This document shows positions 21,605-31,486 of a stretch of DNA of 64,000 nt, piece by piece. The notes below the pieces were generated by a model. That model was given only the letters and a program-made list of their open reading frames with translations, was not told where the DNA came from and did not search any database. Origin of the DNA: an uncultured Alphaproteobacteria bacterium (lineage in GTDB: Bacteria > Pseudomonadota > Alphaproteobacteria > Rs-D84); the NCBI GenBank assembly GCA_949156565.1, contig CASCZI010000001.1, positions 118,856-182,855 of the forward strand, written 5' to 3'. A program made the translations under genes and the position numbers. Within the stretch, counting starts at the first letter, position 1. The number at the start of each line of letters is the position of its first letter.

Positions 21605-24012
21605 AGATCGCCTGCCCCTTGCTGTTTTAAATATTCGGCGACAAAGGCATTTCCATATTGTTTATACAATTCTTCGGCCAAAAGAACCGACGAACGTCCC
21701 GATTCAAATAAACGCAATAACGGACCCAATCCACCCAGTTCGGTATTCAAAATCACCGATTCCCCAGATACCGGCCGTGACAACAATACCGCACGTTTTA
21801 AATGGGGATAGGCACGACCCTGAATAAATGCCATTTCCAAAGGATTTAAATTCCAATGTTCATAATCACGGGCATCGGCCGCAGGATTGCGGAAAAACAA
21901 GATGGTTTGTGCCTGGCCACGGACAACATCACCGATACCCAATTTATCCAATACATTTGCCCGTTGAAATGCGACCATGTATGCCTGGCGGTTTTTACGC
22001 CCTTCTTGCAGACCCGTGATAAAATTATCCCGAAACATTTTATTTTCCAACATGGGTGCCGTTTCATCAATCATGATCAAAGACGGATTTCCCCCGGCCA
22101 CAGTTATGTTATTAATCCGATGCAAGATATATGAAATCACCGCCGGCGCCAAAATAGGGTCTTGTAATATTTCGGTAAAATCAAATGTGGTTAATCGCGC
22201 GCCCAGATCCAACGTATCTGATTCTTCGTTAAAGATATCACCATATTGCAATGGATCAACCCACTTTTTCAATGCCGGCCGCATGGGACCGGTTGCGGAA
22301 AAACAGCTTTGCCATAAATTTTTAAGCAATCGATCCCGCATATCCAGGTAATCGAAATTAACCGACACGGCCCGGGCAATTTCATCCGCCGACGCAGGAT
22401 CATCAACACCTGTTATAATTGAAAACCATCGACGTAAAAACGCGCGGTTGGCAACCGTATCGGACATTTTCAATGGATTCAGATGGGTTTGAAAACTGAT
22501 CCCATCGGTTTTATCCCGTCCCTGCATGGTGATGTATTTGCCCCCCACGGATAATGTAAAGATTTCTGCCCCTTTGTTGCGATCAAAAAAGAAGGCTTTT
22601 AATTTCTGATGACGCATGGCCTGGGCGATAAGGAATGAAAATAATGTCGTTTTTCCCCCACCCGTTGGCCCGATGGTTAATGTGTGACCGACCGCCGCCG
22701 GGGCATCGGATACATGAAATTGAAATTGATAGGGGGTACCCTGGGCCGTGGGGAATACAACCAATGGTCCCGGACCCCAATCCGAATTTTCAACACCTGT
22801 CGGTTGGGTTGACATCGGAATACTGATCGCGGCGGTGCGCGATAACATCTTAAAACTGCGTGGGAAAATATCAAATCCTGGGATTTGTGAAAACCATGAT
22901 ACTTTGGATGCAAAATCTTCGACAATGGGGGATACACCATATGCGGCACAAATCTTTTTAACATCATCAATACTTTTGCCCAATGCATCCCGTGTTGCCC
23001 CAAATACCAAGAACAAGGGATAATAACTAACCAGATTTTGTGTTCCCGATATATTTTCATCCATGGCCCCACGGGCGGCCGAAATTTGTTCTTCGGTCGT
23101 GTCATTGTTTTCATCGGCCGTGGCACGCCGTTGACGGATAACACTTTCCACGGCCGACGCCCCCAGGATATTAAATCCATTCATACAGATCATTTCTGTC
23201 TGTAATGTCGCCATTTCATCAAAAAATTCTTCGTCCAGAAAATCGGGTGATACCTTAAACGATACCAATGCCGCAAATGATTGTTCCCCACCACTGACAT
23301 ATTTTACCAACCCATCGTCGGTGAAGACTACATCATCAACCGTCACCAAATCTGCCATTTGATTATCACATTTTCGCGGGGATGGTTTCGTGATCGGGGA
23401 CAAAATGCGTCCAAAAAATTTCGCCATGTTGTCTGAACTATTATTTTCCAGAACACGGACCCCATACGGGGCCAACACAGATTCAATATAATTACCATAT
23501 TGGTTCAATTTATCCCGCGCACCGTTACCCGATACTGTTAAAACAATGTAATAATTGTTTAAAAAGATACGCAATCCCTGGCTGTGCCATTTGTCATATA
23601 TTTTTTGCAAAACCGGTTGATCAAATTCATAATCATTTTCTTGGACCGCGGCATTGCGAATGGTAAAAAACCGCAATGTGGCGTTGGGATCCCGAATTTG
23701 ATTAAACAAAGACGCCCGTAAATCCAGAAATTTTTCCCGGGTTTTATCGTCTTGCATGCTGGATTGGACACCATGAACGCGATAAACACGCACCAACGCC
23801 CCATTGGTCAATTCAATCGAATTATCGTCAAACACACGGCGAAATGGCAAATAATCCGCATATTTTTTATATCCAAATTTGGGAAATACCCACCGGGTTA
23901 ATACCGGGACATATGCCATCATCAACGCAAAAACCACAACCACCGCCATGGCCAACACCACCAGTGTGAGGGGAAATCCATTGCCTGCGAAATAATTAAA
24001 AATATCATTCAT
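21601..24012 (-). CDS. virB4: Type IV secretion system ATPase VirB4/TrbE family
   Basis: 803 aa. N-terminal TM segment. Walker A GPTGGGKTT. Walker B IMIDE. Confidence 0.85.
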   Translation of the reverse strand: MNDIFNYFAGNGFPLTLVVLAMAVVVVFALMMAYVPVLTRWVFPKFGYKKYADYLPFRRVFDDNSIELTNGALVRVYRVHGVQSSMQDDKTREKFLDLRASLFNQIRDPNATLRFFTIRNAAVQENDYEFDQPVLQKIYDKWHSQGLRIFLNNYYIVLTVSGNGARDKLNQYGNYIESVLAPYGVRVLENNSSDNMAKFFGRILSPITKPSPRKCDNQMADLVTVDDVVFTDDGLVKYVSGGEQSFAALVSFKVSPDFLDEEFFDEMATLQTEMICMNGFNILGASAVESVIRQRRATADENNDTTEEQISAARGAMDENISGTQNLVSYYPLFLVFGATRDALGKSIDDVKKICAAYGVSPIVEDFASKVSWFSQIPGFDIFPRSFKMLSRTAAISIPMSTQPTGVENSDWGPGPLVVFPTAQGTPYQFQFHVSDAPAAVGHTLTIGPTGGGKTTLFSFLIAQAMRHQKLKAFFFDRNKGAEIFTLSVGGKYITMQGRDKTDGISFQTHLNPLKMSDTVANRAFLRRWFSIITGVDDPASADEIARAVSVNFDYLDMRDRLLKNLWQSCFSATGPMRPALKKWVDPLQYGDIFNEESDTLDLGARLTTFDFTEILQDPILAPAVISYILHRINNITVAGGNPSLIMIDETAPMLENKMFRDNFITGLQEGRKNRQAYMVAFQRANVLDKLGIGDVVRGQAQTILFFRNPAADARDYEHWNLNPLEMAFIQGRAYPHLKRAVLLSRPVSGESVILNTELGGLGPLLRLFESGRSSVLLAEELYKQYGNAFVAEYLKQQGAGDL

Positions 24013-24014
24013 TG

Positions 24015-24311
24015 TTATGCCGCCAATCGTTTGGGTATTTGAAGTTTAAACAGTTTTATTTTTGCCGCAATAATCTGGCCCAGTTGGGGTTCCCGCTTGG
24101 CCACACCGGCCAAAATAAAATGCACCACACATACCGATCCCAGGAAAAACAGTGGCAACATTCCCATATCATCGCCGCCGGCCAAAACGCTGGTGATGAA
24201 AATGGCGACAAAAATCAAAAATTGAATGACAAAATTCATGACGGCCAGTGTATAGGGCACATAAAATATACGTGCCGGATTGGCCAATGCCTTCATAACT
24301 TGCTGTTTCAT
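24015..24311 (-). CDS. virB3: Type IV secretion system protein VirB3-like
   Basis: About 98-aa membrane protein immediately upstream of virB4. Internal ATG with a GGGAGA RBS. The ORF-track N-terminal extension was rejected. Confidence 0.55.
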   Translation of the reverse strand: MKQQVMKALANPARIFYVPYTLAVMNFVIQFLIFVAIFITSVLAGGDDMGMLPLFFLGSVCVVHFILAGVAKREPQLGQIIAAKIKLFKLQIPKRLAA

Positions 24312-24334
24312 GTCTCTCGTCTCCCACGGGTATG

Positions 24335-24540
24335 AATGAATTATAACAATTTCAACATTTTTCAACAAGTATAAAAAAGATTTTCCCAAAAATGTTAAAA
24401 GCGTTGAAAACACCACCCAATATCCACCGGTAATTACCGACGATTGTTTTGAACAATTTTTTACAAACCCCGCGGTTTTCGCCAAATTTTTTGTTGAAAA
24501 CATTGTGGAAAAAATTTGAAAACGTTTTTCAACAAAACCA
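24335..24540. promoter_or_regulatory. Repeat-rich divergent control region between virB3 and rpmJ
   Basis: Multiple TTGAAAAC / GTTTTCAA motifs. Tandem TTCAACA x2. Inverted repeat TTGTTGAAAAC...GTTTTTCAACAA. Small palindrome ATTGTTttgAACAAT. Confidence 0.4.
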
Positions 24541-24629
24541 ACAGGCCCAACAAAAACAACAAAAAACATTAATATTAATTTGATTTTTTAGAAAAAGCGT
24601 TTATAATGGCCACGCAAAAAGGATTAGAT

Positions 24630-24764
24630 ATGAAGTTCTTAAGCTCTTTAAAGGCATGGAAAAAGCGCGGTAATATTAAGCAAATTCGCCGTGGCAAGCA
24701 AATTATTTTAATTGACCCTGAAAATCCGAAGTTTAAGGCAAAACAGGGCTTTAAAAGAAAATAA
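24630..24764 (+). CDS. rpmJ: 50S ribosomal protein L36, cysteine-less (type B) form
   Basis: 44-aa ORF MKFLSSLKAWKKRGNIKQIRRGKQIILIDPENPKFKAKQG. Matches the L36 pattern (MKV.SSLK...RRG..I.I...NPK.K..QG). TATAAT and RBS upstream, terminator downstream. Absent from the ORF track because it is shorter than 60 aa. Confidence 0.65.
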   Translation: MKFLSSLKAWKKRGNIKQIRRGKQIILIDPENPKFKAKQGFKRK

Positions 24765-24787
24765 GTTCCTGGGCTTTTATAATCAAA

Positions 24788-24826
24788 AGGCGCGGTTGAT
24801 TTATATCACCGCGTTTTTTATGGATT
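24788..24826. terminator. Bidirectional terminator (rpmJ / SufD-like gene)
   Basis: Stem CGCGGT(T)GAT / ATCACCGCG, then T6. Confidence 0.55.
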
Positions 24827-25505
24827 AAAACAAAGGATTTGAATTTTCAAATGCCTCGCGCAGGGTATCATTGATTTCCGCCGTGGACAATCCGGCCGTA
24901 CGTAAAAATTGAATTTGCGGGGGTGTGGCCCGATAAATGGATGCATTATGATCGGCCGATATGGGGGCCGCCCCGATACGTTGGGTTGGACGAAATTCGA
25001 TATGGGCGGTTTTATCCGCCATGGCAGAAAACGAAATATCCGAAATCGACCGTGGGGCATTTTCGTTAATTTGGGCCACCCCAGACAATATCGAACGCGT
25101 TTTTGCGTGGGCGATTAATTTGGTATGGACCAAAATTTCCGTATCCGGGGCATCGTGTTGGGCCGATATGTTAAGATGGAATTGATCATTATTTTGAATA
25201 ATAATACCACCACGACATTGTGAATTTTCCCCGGCATTTTTTATAAAAATATTTAAAAAAGCCGGTTTTTTATTTTTTATTTTTGCCGTCAAAAAGACAC
25301 GTTCATGGGGGAATTTTATATCCAGGTTTAATTTATTTTCCCCCGAAATTTCACCCACGTAAATCACATGAACCGGTAAAACCGTGTGATGGTCGATTGT
25401 GGTATCGGGCAATGTGGATAAATCGGGACAAAACACTCCATCACGGTAAACAATTGTTTCCGCCGGAAATGTTTTTATATTGAATTCGTTCCATAGGTAT
25501 GACAT
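24825..25505 (-). CDS. Short SufB/SufD-family protein
   Basis: C-terminal QIQFLRTAGLSTAEINDTLREAF resembles the SufB/SufD C-terminus. No sufBC is adjacent. Confidence 0.4.
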   Translation of the reverse strand: MSYLWNEFNIKTFPAETIVYRDGVFCPDLSTLPDTTIDHHTVLPVHVIYVGEISGENKLNLDIKFPHERVFLTAKIKNKKPAFLNIFIKNAGENSQCRGGIIIQNNDQFHLNISAQHDAPDTEILVHTKLIAHAKTRSILSGVAQINENAPRSISDISFSAMADKTAHIEFRPTQRIGAAPISADHNASIYRATPPQIQFLRTAGLSTAEINDTLREAFENSNPLF

Positions 25506-25532
25506 ATTATTCGCATTATAAAGGATTTTATT

Positions 25533-26612
25533 ATGGGATTCAATTGTGGAATTGTGGGATTACCCAATGTGGGAAAATCGACATTATTTAATGCATTAAC
25601 CCAAAGTGCGGCGGCCGACGCCCAAAATTATCCGTTCTGTACGATCGAACCGAATACGGGGCGCGTGGTGGTTCCGGATCCGACATTGCATGCATTGGCC
25701 GGGGTTTCGGGCGCGGCGCGGATTATTCCGACACAGCTGGAAATTGTTGATATTGCGGGCTTGGTGCGTGGGGCATCGGCGGGCGAAGGATTAGGGAACA
25801 AATTCTTGGGCAATATTTTATCAACCGATGCCATTATTCATGTGGTTCGGTGTTTTGAAAATGATGATATTGTTCATGTCAATGGGCGCATTGATCCGTT
25901 ATCAGATATTGATACGATTGAAACCGAATTAATGTTGGCCGATATCGAAAGTTTGGACAAACAAATTAAAAATCTGGAAAAAAAGGCACGTGGTCTGGAC
26001 AAAACGGCGGCCAAGTTATTGGCCGATGCCACGACAATTCAATCGGCGTTGGCGACAGGTATACCGGCACGTGATGGATCTGTGGATGCATCGCCGTTTA
26101 ATTTATTAACATCAAAACCGGTGATTTATGTTTGTAATGTTGAAGAGGCATCGGCCGCAACCGGCAATCAATATTCCGATCTGGTTCGTGAAAAATTTGG
26201 CACCCGGGCCCCGGTATTGGTGATATCATCGAAAATTGAAATGGAAATTTCACAGATCGTTGATCCCGATGAACGTCAAATGTTTTTGGATGAATTGGGA
26301 TTGGCGGAATCTGGTCTGGATCAGGTTATTCGAACAGGTTACGCCACATTGGGGTTACAGACGTTTTACACCATTGGTCCCAAAGAAGCACACGCATGGA
26401 CCATATCGGTGGGATGTACCGCCCCCCAGGCGGCGGGTAAAATTCATACGGATTTTGAAAAAGGCTTTATCCGTGCAGAAATTATCAGCCCCAGTGATTA
26501 TTTGGCATTGGGTGGCGAAGTTGCCGTGAAAGAAGCCGGAAAAATGCGTTTGGTGGGACGTGATTATATTATGAATAATGGCGATATTTGTCATTTCTTG
26601 TTTAATAATTAA
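25533..26612 (+). CDS. ychF: Ribosome-binding ATPase YchF
   Basis: G1 motif GLPNVGKST. YchF-type G domain, coiled-coil insert, and TGS-like C-terminus. Confidence 0.9.
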   Translation: MGFNCGIVGLPNVGKSTLFNALTQSAAADAQNYPFCTIEPNTGRVVVPDPTLHALAGVSGAARIIPTQLEIVDIAGLVRGASAGEGLGNKFLGNILSTDAIIHVVRCFENDDIVHVNGRIDPLSDIDTIETELMLADIESLDKQIKNLEKKARGLDKTAAKLLADATTIQSALATGIPARDGSVDASPFNLLTSKPVIYVCNVEEASAATGNQYSDLVREKFGTRAPVLVISSKIEMEISQIVDPDERQMFLDELGLAESGLDQVIRTGYATLGLQTFYTIGPKEAHAWTISVGCTAPQAAGKIHTDFEKGFIRAEIISPSDYLALGGEVAVKEAGKMRLVGRDYIMNNGDICHFLFNN

Positions 26613-26640
26613 AAATGCCGGGAAAAACCGGCATTTTTTA
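26611..26640. terminator. Bidirectional terminator
   Basis: ATGCCGG-gaaaaa-CCGGCAT flanked by A and T runs. Confidence 0.6.
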
Positions 26641-27654
26641 TTGTCGATTATTTAAATACCATTCGACGGTTTTAACGATGCCCGTGTCAAAGGTTTCATC
26701 CGCATGCCATCCCAGTTCTGATTCCAGTTTTTCCGCATCAATGGCGTAACGGAAATCATGACCGGCCCGATCGGCGACAAATTCAATTTGCGATTCATAG
26801 GAAACACCATCAGGGCGCGGATGTTTTTTATCCAAAATCTGGCAAATTGTTTTAACGATGGTTATGTTATTACGTTCGTTATGGCCGCCAATATTATATG
26901 TTTCGCCGGCACGTCCTTTGTGAAATATAAGATCAATGGCCTTGCAGTGATCCAACACATACAACCAATCACGCACATTATCCCCACGACCATAAATGGG
27001 TAATGGTCGACCCAACAATGCCATATCAATGATATGTGGAATTAATTTTTCATGATGTTGTTTGGGCCCATAGTTATTTGAACAATTTGATGTGGTGACG
27101 TTCATTCCATATGTATGATGGTATGCGCGTACCAAAAAATCAGATGACGCCTTGGACGCGCTATATGGGCTGTTGGGGGCATAGGGGGTTTTTTCTGTAA
27201 ACATTCCGGTTGGCCCCAGTGTTCCATACACTTCGTCTGTGGATATATGATGAAATCGGCATTTTTTATATTCTGGCTTTACCTCTGACGGGGCATTCAT
27301 CCAATGGCGACGTGCCGCATCCAATAAATTAAATGTCCCAACAATGTTGGTATGGATAAATGCCTGGGGGCCGATGATCGAATTATCTACGTGCGATTCG
27401 GCCGCGAAATGGATTACCCCGCGGATATCATTTTCGCGAAATAATTTTTCAACCAAATCCATATCACAGATATCACCGCGAACAAATGTATAATTGGACA
27501 TATTCGCACATTCAGATAAATTATCCAGGTTCCCTGCATACGTTAATTTATCCAAGTTAATGACATGATATTCGGGATGTGTTTTACAAAAATAAGGAAC
27601 AAAGTTTGATCCAATAAATCCGGCACCCCCGGTAACTAAAATTGTTTCAGGCAT
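26638..27654 (-). CDS. rfbB: dTDP-glucose 4,6-dehydratase
   Basis: Rossmann motif TGGAGFIGSNF. YxxxK motif. High family similarity. Start placed at MPETILVTGG. Confidence 0.9.
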   Translation of the reverse strand: MPETILVTGGAGFIGSNFVPYFCKTHPEYHVINLDKLTYAGNLDNLSECANMSNYTFVRGDICDMDLVEKLFRENDIRGVIHFAAESHVDNSIIGPQAFIHTNIVGTFNLLDAARRHWMNAPSEVKPEYKKCRFHHISTDEVYGTLGPTGMFTEKTPYAPNSPYSASKASSDFLVRAYHHTYGMNVTTSNCSNNYGPKQHHEKLIPHIIDMALLGRPLPIYGRGDNVRDWLYVLDHCKAIDLIFHKGRAGETYNIGGHNERNNITIVKTICQILDKKHPRPDGVSYESQIEFVADRAGHDFRYAIDAEKLESELGWHADETFDTGIVKTVEWYLNNRQ

Positions 27655-28457
27655 TTTTCTAAACTCCTTTGCCAATGGGGAACAATAACCCCAAATGTTT
27701 GGATAATTTTTGTTTTATCCAAGACGCTGTATGCGGGACGCGCCGCGGGCGTTGGGTATTGGGCCGTTGTGATGGGTTGGACGTCACACATCAATCCCGA
27801 CATATCCATAACCGCCACCGCCAAATCATACCATGAACAAACACCGGCATTTGTATAATGATAGATGCCGCGATTTGATTTATTCATTTGGGGAATAATT
27901 TTAACGATTGCGGCCGCCAAATCAGATGCCGCCGTTGGGGTGCCAACTTGGTCAGATACCACACCAATAGATTCTTTTTCGGCCCCCAATTTTCGCATTG
28001 TTTTCACGAAATTATTTCCATGGATGGAATAAAGCCACGCGGTACGAATAATAATCGCGCATTCGGCATGATCCAAAACCGCCCGTTCACCATCCCATTT
28101 TGTTTGGCCATAAACCGATGTCGGACATGGCGTGTCATCGGGTGTATATGGTCGATGCCCCAACCCATCAAAGACGTAATCGGTCGATATATGGATGATT
28201 TTTTTGGCGGCCCGGGCCAAATTGTGTGGACCATCGACATTGACCTTTTTGGCCATTTCTACATCAGATTCGGCGCGATCAACGGCCGTATATGCCGCAC
28301 AATTAATAATTGTATCAATACCGTGATCATGCACAAATCTGTTCACCGCATCGGCATCGGTGATATCCAAATCATGACGATCGGCAAAGATCGCATCCGG
28401 CAATATCTTTCTTAATTCGGACCCCAATTGGCCATTACATCCCGTAACCAGGTACAT
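27636..28457 (-). CDS. rfbD: dTDP-4-dehydrorhamnose reductase
   Basis: N-terminus MYLVTGCNGQLGSEL. RmlD family. 273 aa. Confidence 0.85.
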   Translation of the reverse strand: MYLVTGCNGQLGSELRKILPDAIFADRHDLDITDADAVNRFVHDHGIDTIINCAAYTAVDRAESDVEMAKKVNVDGPHNLARAAKKIIHISTDYVFDGLGHRPYTPDDTPCPTSVYGQTKWDGERAVLDHAECAIIIRTAWLYSIHGNNFVKTMRKLGAEKESIGVVSDQVGTPTAASDLAAAIVKIIPQMNKSNRGIYHYTNAGVCSWYDLAVAVMDMSGLMCDVQPITTAQYPTPAARPAYSVLDKTKIIQTFGVIVPHWQRSLEKCLKQF

Positions 28458-28986
28458 CTTTTAATCCTTGGGCTGTTCTATCTTTGTCCGATGTGATAAT
28501 TTTATCGACCGGGATACGCCAATCAATGCCAATATCCGGGTCATCAAAGCGAATGGAAAATTCGGATTCTGGGGCATAAAAGTTATCACATTTATACGCA
28601 AACACCGCCGTATCGGTCAACACCGAAAACCCATGCAGAAAACCCCGCGGAATAAACAGTTGGCGTTTATTTTCTGCGGATAATTCAACGGCCACATGTT
28701 GACCAAATGTTTTCGATCCAATGCGAATATCAACCGCCACATCTAAAACCGTTCCATGCAAAACGCGAACTAATTTTGCCTGGGCGTGATTACCCATTTG
28801 GGCATGCAGACCACGTATGACCCCGTATGATGATTGGGATTGATTATCTTGGACAAAAACGTTGTCAATCCCATTTGCGGCAAATTCAGCCCCGTTATAG
28901 CTTTCGAAAAAATATCCCCGGGCATCGTTAATAACACGTGGTTCAATAATGACAACCCCATACAGTTTTGTTTTAACAAAGTTCAT
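28435..28986 (-). CDS. rfbC: dTDP-4-dehydrorhamnose 3,5-epimerase
   Basis: RmlC cupin motifs (GVIRGLHAQ, KLVRV..G...DVAVDIR). Confidence 0.85.
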   Translation of the reverse strand: MNFVKTKLYGVVIIEPRVINDARGYFFESYNGAEFAANGIDNVFVQDNQSQSSYGVIRGLHAQMGNHAQAKLVRVLHGTVLDVAVDIRIGSKTFGQHVAVELSAENKRQLFIPRGFLHGFSVLTDTAVFAYKCDNFYAPESEFSIRFDDPDIGIDWRIPVDKIITSDKDRTAQGLKDVPGYGM

Positions 28987-29860
28987 GATTTTCCTTGTAT
29001 ACTTTTTCAAGATAATCCCGATATTTACCGGGTTTTAATTCATTAATTAATGTTTGCATCTGGGGGTCATTGATAAAACCATGCGTATACGCAATTTCTT
29101 CGATACAGGCGATTTTTAAGCCTTGGCGCGCCTCTATAATCTGAACAAATTGCCCAGATTCCATTAAACTGTCGGGGGTGCCGGCATCCAACCACGCGTT
29201 GCCCCGTCGCATGGGTACCACAGACATTCGATTTTCCATCAGGTACATGTTATTTAAATCCGTAATTTCCAATTCACCCCGCGGCGATGGGACAAGTTTT
29301 TTTGCCTTGGCCACAACATCAGACGGATAAAAATATAATCCCACAGATACATAGTTTGATTTCGGGTGCGTCGGTTTTTCTTCGATAGAGATTACCTGTT
29401 TATTTTCGTCGAATTCAATCACACCAAATCGTTCCGGATTGGATACGTGATAGGCGAAGATGGTTGCTTTTTTCCCGGCATTTTTTTGAATTTCACTGCA
29501 AAAGGCCGGTAATTGTCCCTCCATATAAAAAATATTATCCCCCAATATTAAACACACGTCATCATCACCGATAAATTGTGCACCGATGTGGAATGCCTGG
29601 GCAATACCACGGGGTTCGTGTTGAATGGCATATTGAATATGCATGCCGATTTTTTCCCCATCACCCAATAATTTTTGAATATGGGGGGTATCATCAGGTG
29701 TCGAAATAATTAAAATATCACGAATATTAAATAACATAAGTGTCGACAAGGGATAATAAATCATCGGCTTGTCATAAACGGGTAACAATTGTTTGGATAT
29801 AATTTTTGTTAATGGATACAGGCGTGTCCCGCTTCCACCGGCCAAGATAATACCTTTCAT
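28973..29860 (-). CDS. rfbA: Glucose-1-phosphate thymidylyltransferase
   Basis: N-terminus MKGIILAGGSGTRLYPLT. RmlA family. Confidence 0.9.
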   Translation of the reverse strand: MKGIILAGGSGTRLYPLTKIISKQLLPVYDKPMIYYPLSTLMLFNIRDILIISTPDDTPHIQKLLGDGEKIGMHIQYAIQHEPRGIAQAFHIGAQFIGDDDVCLILGDNIFYMEGQLPAFCSEIQKNAGKKATIFAYHVSNPERFGVIEFDENKQVISIEEKPTHPKSNYVSVGLYFYPSDVVAKAKKLVPSPRGELEITDLNNMYLMENRMSVVPMRRGNAWLDAGTPDSLMESGQFVQIIEARQGLKIACIEEIAYTHGFINDPQMQTLINELKPGKYRDYLEKVYKENHELC

Positions 29861-29878
29861 TGTTTATACCCCTTATGA

Positions 29879-31486
29879 TTATAATTGTATTAATGCATCT
29901 AATTTATCTTGTATACGCATCATTTCCGCATTTATTTTATTTATCTGATCTTGAACATCTTGGCCGATTAATAAAGATGCCGTTAAATCTTTCTTTTGCT
30001 TTTCTAATTGGGTCAAATATCGTTTAATTTTTAATGTCACAATATATTTTTCGGCATCATTGTGGGAAAATGGACATGGCGCCGATTGTGAAATATCGGG
30101 GATATTCATGGTCACCAGAAAATCGCCATATCGTTCGGCAATATCGGGGTATGTTGATAAAATCCCTTGGATATTTTTAATGGTGATATCATCGGCCGCC
30201 GGAACGGGTACATGCGTGGCGTTTGGACGGGTCCGATGCCATGCATGAAAAATGCGGTTTTTAAATTCGGCATCATATTCCCGCCGCAAATCTGGGTCCT
30301 TTATTTTTTCGATTTCTTTTTTAAGATACTTTTCTGCCGACGCCCGTCCCCCCGGTGTTGACGCGAGAAAAGTTTTATTTAATGTGTCCCACAAAAATTC
30401 AACCAATGGCGTTGCCCCATCGATTATTTTTCGCATGGCGTCCACCCCACCCGACTTTAAAACCTCGTCCGGGTCCTTGCCCCCGGTGACAAAGGCAAAA
30501 CGTACATCGGATGTATCACGCAAAAATGGCATCATTAAATCGGCGGCCCGGGCCGCGGCCTTTTGCCCTGCATTGTCGCCATCAAAGCAAAACGTGATAT
30601 TGCGATTGGATTTACAGAGCATGGCCAAATGATCTTCGGTTAATGCCGTCCCAAGTGGCGCCACCGTTTCGGGAAATCCGTTGGTTTGCATGCGGATGGC
30701 GTCAATTTGGCCTTCGACAATAATGCTGCGGTTGGCACGGTAAATCGCGTCGCGTGCAAAGTTTAGGCCAAACATCGTTTGCCGTTTATGAAACATTTCG
30801 GTGTCGGTGGTGTTGATGTATTTGGGTTCCGATCCATCCAGGGATCGGCCCGAAAAGGCCACGACCGCCCCGTGGACATTGATAATCGGGAACATTAATT
30901 TATCCCGGAAAAAATCATACAGGCCATATTCACCCCGCCGGCATAGTCCCGTTGCCATCACGGCATTTTGTTTGGTGCCCGAAAATTTATTGGTAATAAT
31001 ATTTCCGCGCGGCGCGTATCCAATACGATATTTTTTTATCATTTCATCGCTAAAACCGCGTCCCCGAATATAGGCCAGCGCATGCGCCCCGGCGTCCGTA
31101 AACAGTGCCGTTTGATACATCCGCGTCGCGGTTTCACAGATGGTGGTGTATGATTCTTCGGCCGCGATTTGCGTCGCAGATTTTGGTTTATAATCGGGCA
31201 TCTTGACGCCCGCCAAATTGGCCAGTTCCTTTAACGCATCGCGGAATTCCATGTTGTTGGTTTTCATGGTGAACGAAATAATATCGCCGTGTTCACCACA
31301 TCCAAAACAATGGTAAAAGCCTTTTTCTTCGTTGACCGAAAAGCTGGGCGTTTTTTCATTATGGAATGGACAACATCCCCAAAAGTTTTGACCTTTTTTC
31401 ACCAACGGTACGCGCCGGCCCACCACATCCACAATGGATAGCCGTGTGCGTAATTCGTCGGTAAAATTGTTGCCGTATGATGCCAT
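29879..31486 (-). CDS. dnaG: DNA primase
   Basis: CHC2 zinc finger (CCPFHNEKTPSF...CFGCG). TOPRIM domain. 535 aa. Confidence 0.85.
   Translation of the reverse strand: MASYGNNFTDELRTRLSIVDVVGRRVPLVKKGQNFWGCCPFHNEKTPSFSVNEEKGFYHCFGCGEHGDIISFTMKTNNMEFRDALKELANLAGVKMPDYKPKSATQIAAEESYTTICETATRMYQTALFTDAGAHALAYIRGRGFSDEMIKKYRIGYAPRGNIITNKFSGTKQNAVMATGLCRRGEYGLYDFFRDKLMFPIINVHGAVVAFSGRSLDGSEPKYINTTDTEMFHKRQTMFGLNFARDAIYRANRSIIVEGQIDAIRMQTNGFPETVAPLGTALTEDHLAMLCKSNRNITFCFDGDNAGQKAAARAADLMMPFLRDTSDVRFAFVTGGKDPDEVLKSGGVDAMRKIIDGATPLVEFLWDTLNKTFLASTPGGRASAEKYLKKEIEKIKDPDLRREYDAEFKNRIFHAWHRTRPNATHVPVPAADDITIKNIQGILSTYPDIAERYGDFLVTMNIPDISQSAPCPFSHNDAEKYIVTLKIKRYLTQLEKQKKDLTASLLIGQDVQDQINKINAEMMRIQDKLDALIQL

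Noticed and set aside
24015-24569. Long 184-aa version of the ORF upstream of virB4
   Set aside because: The N-terminal 86 codons run through the AT-rich promoter region. An internal ATG with a strong GGGAGA RBS gives a 98-aa protein of VirB3 size, and the shorter CDS is more plausible.
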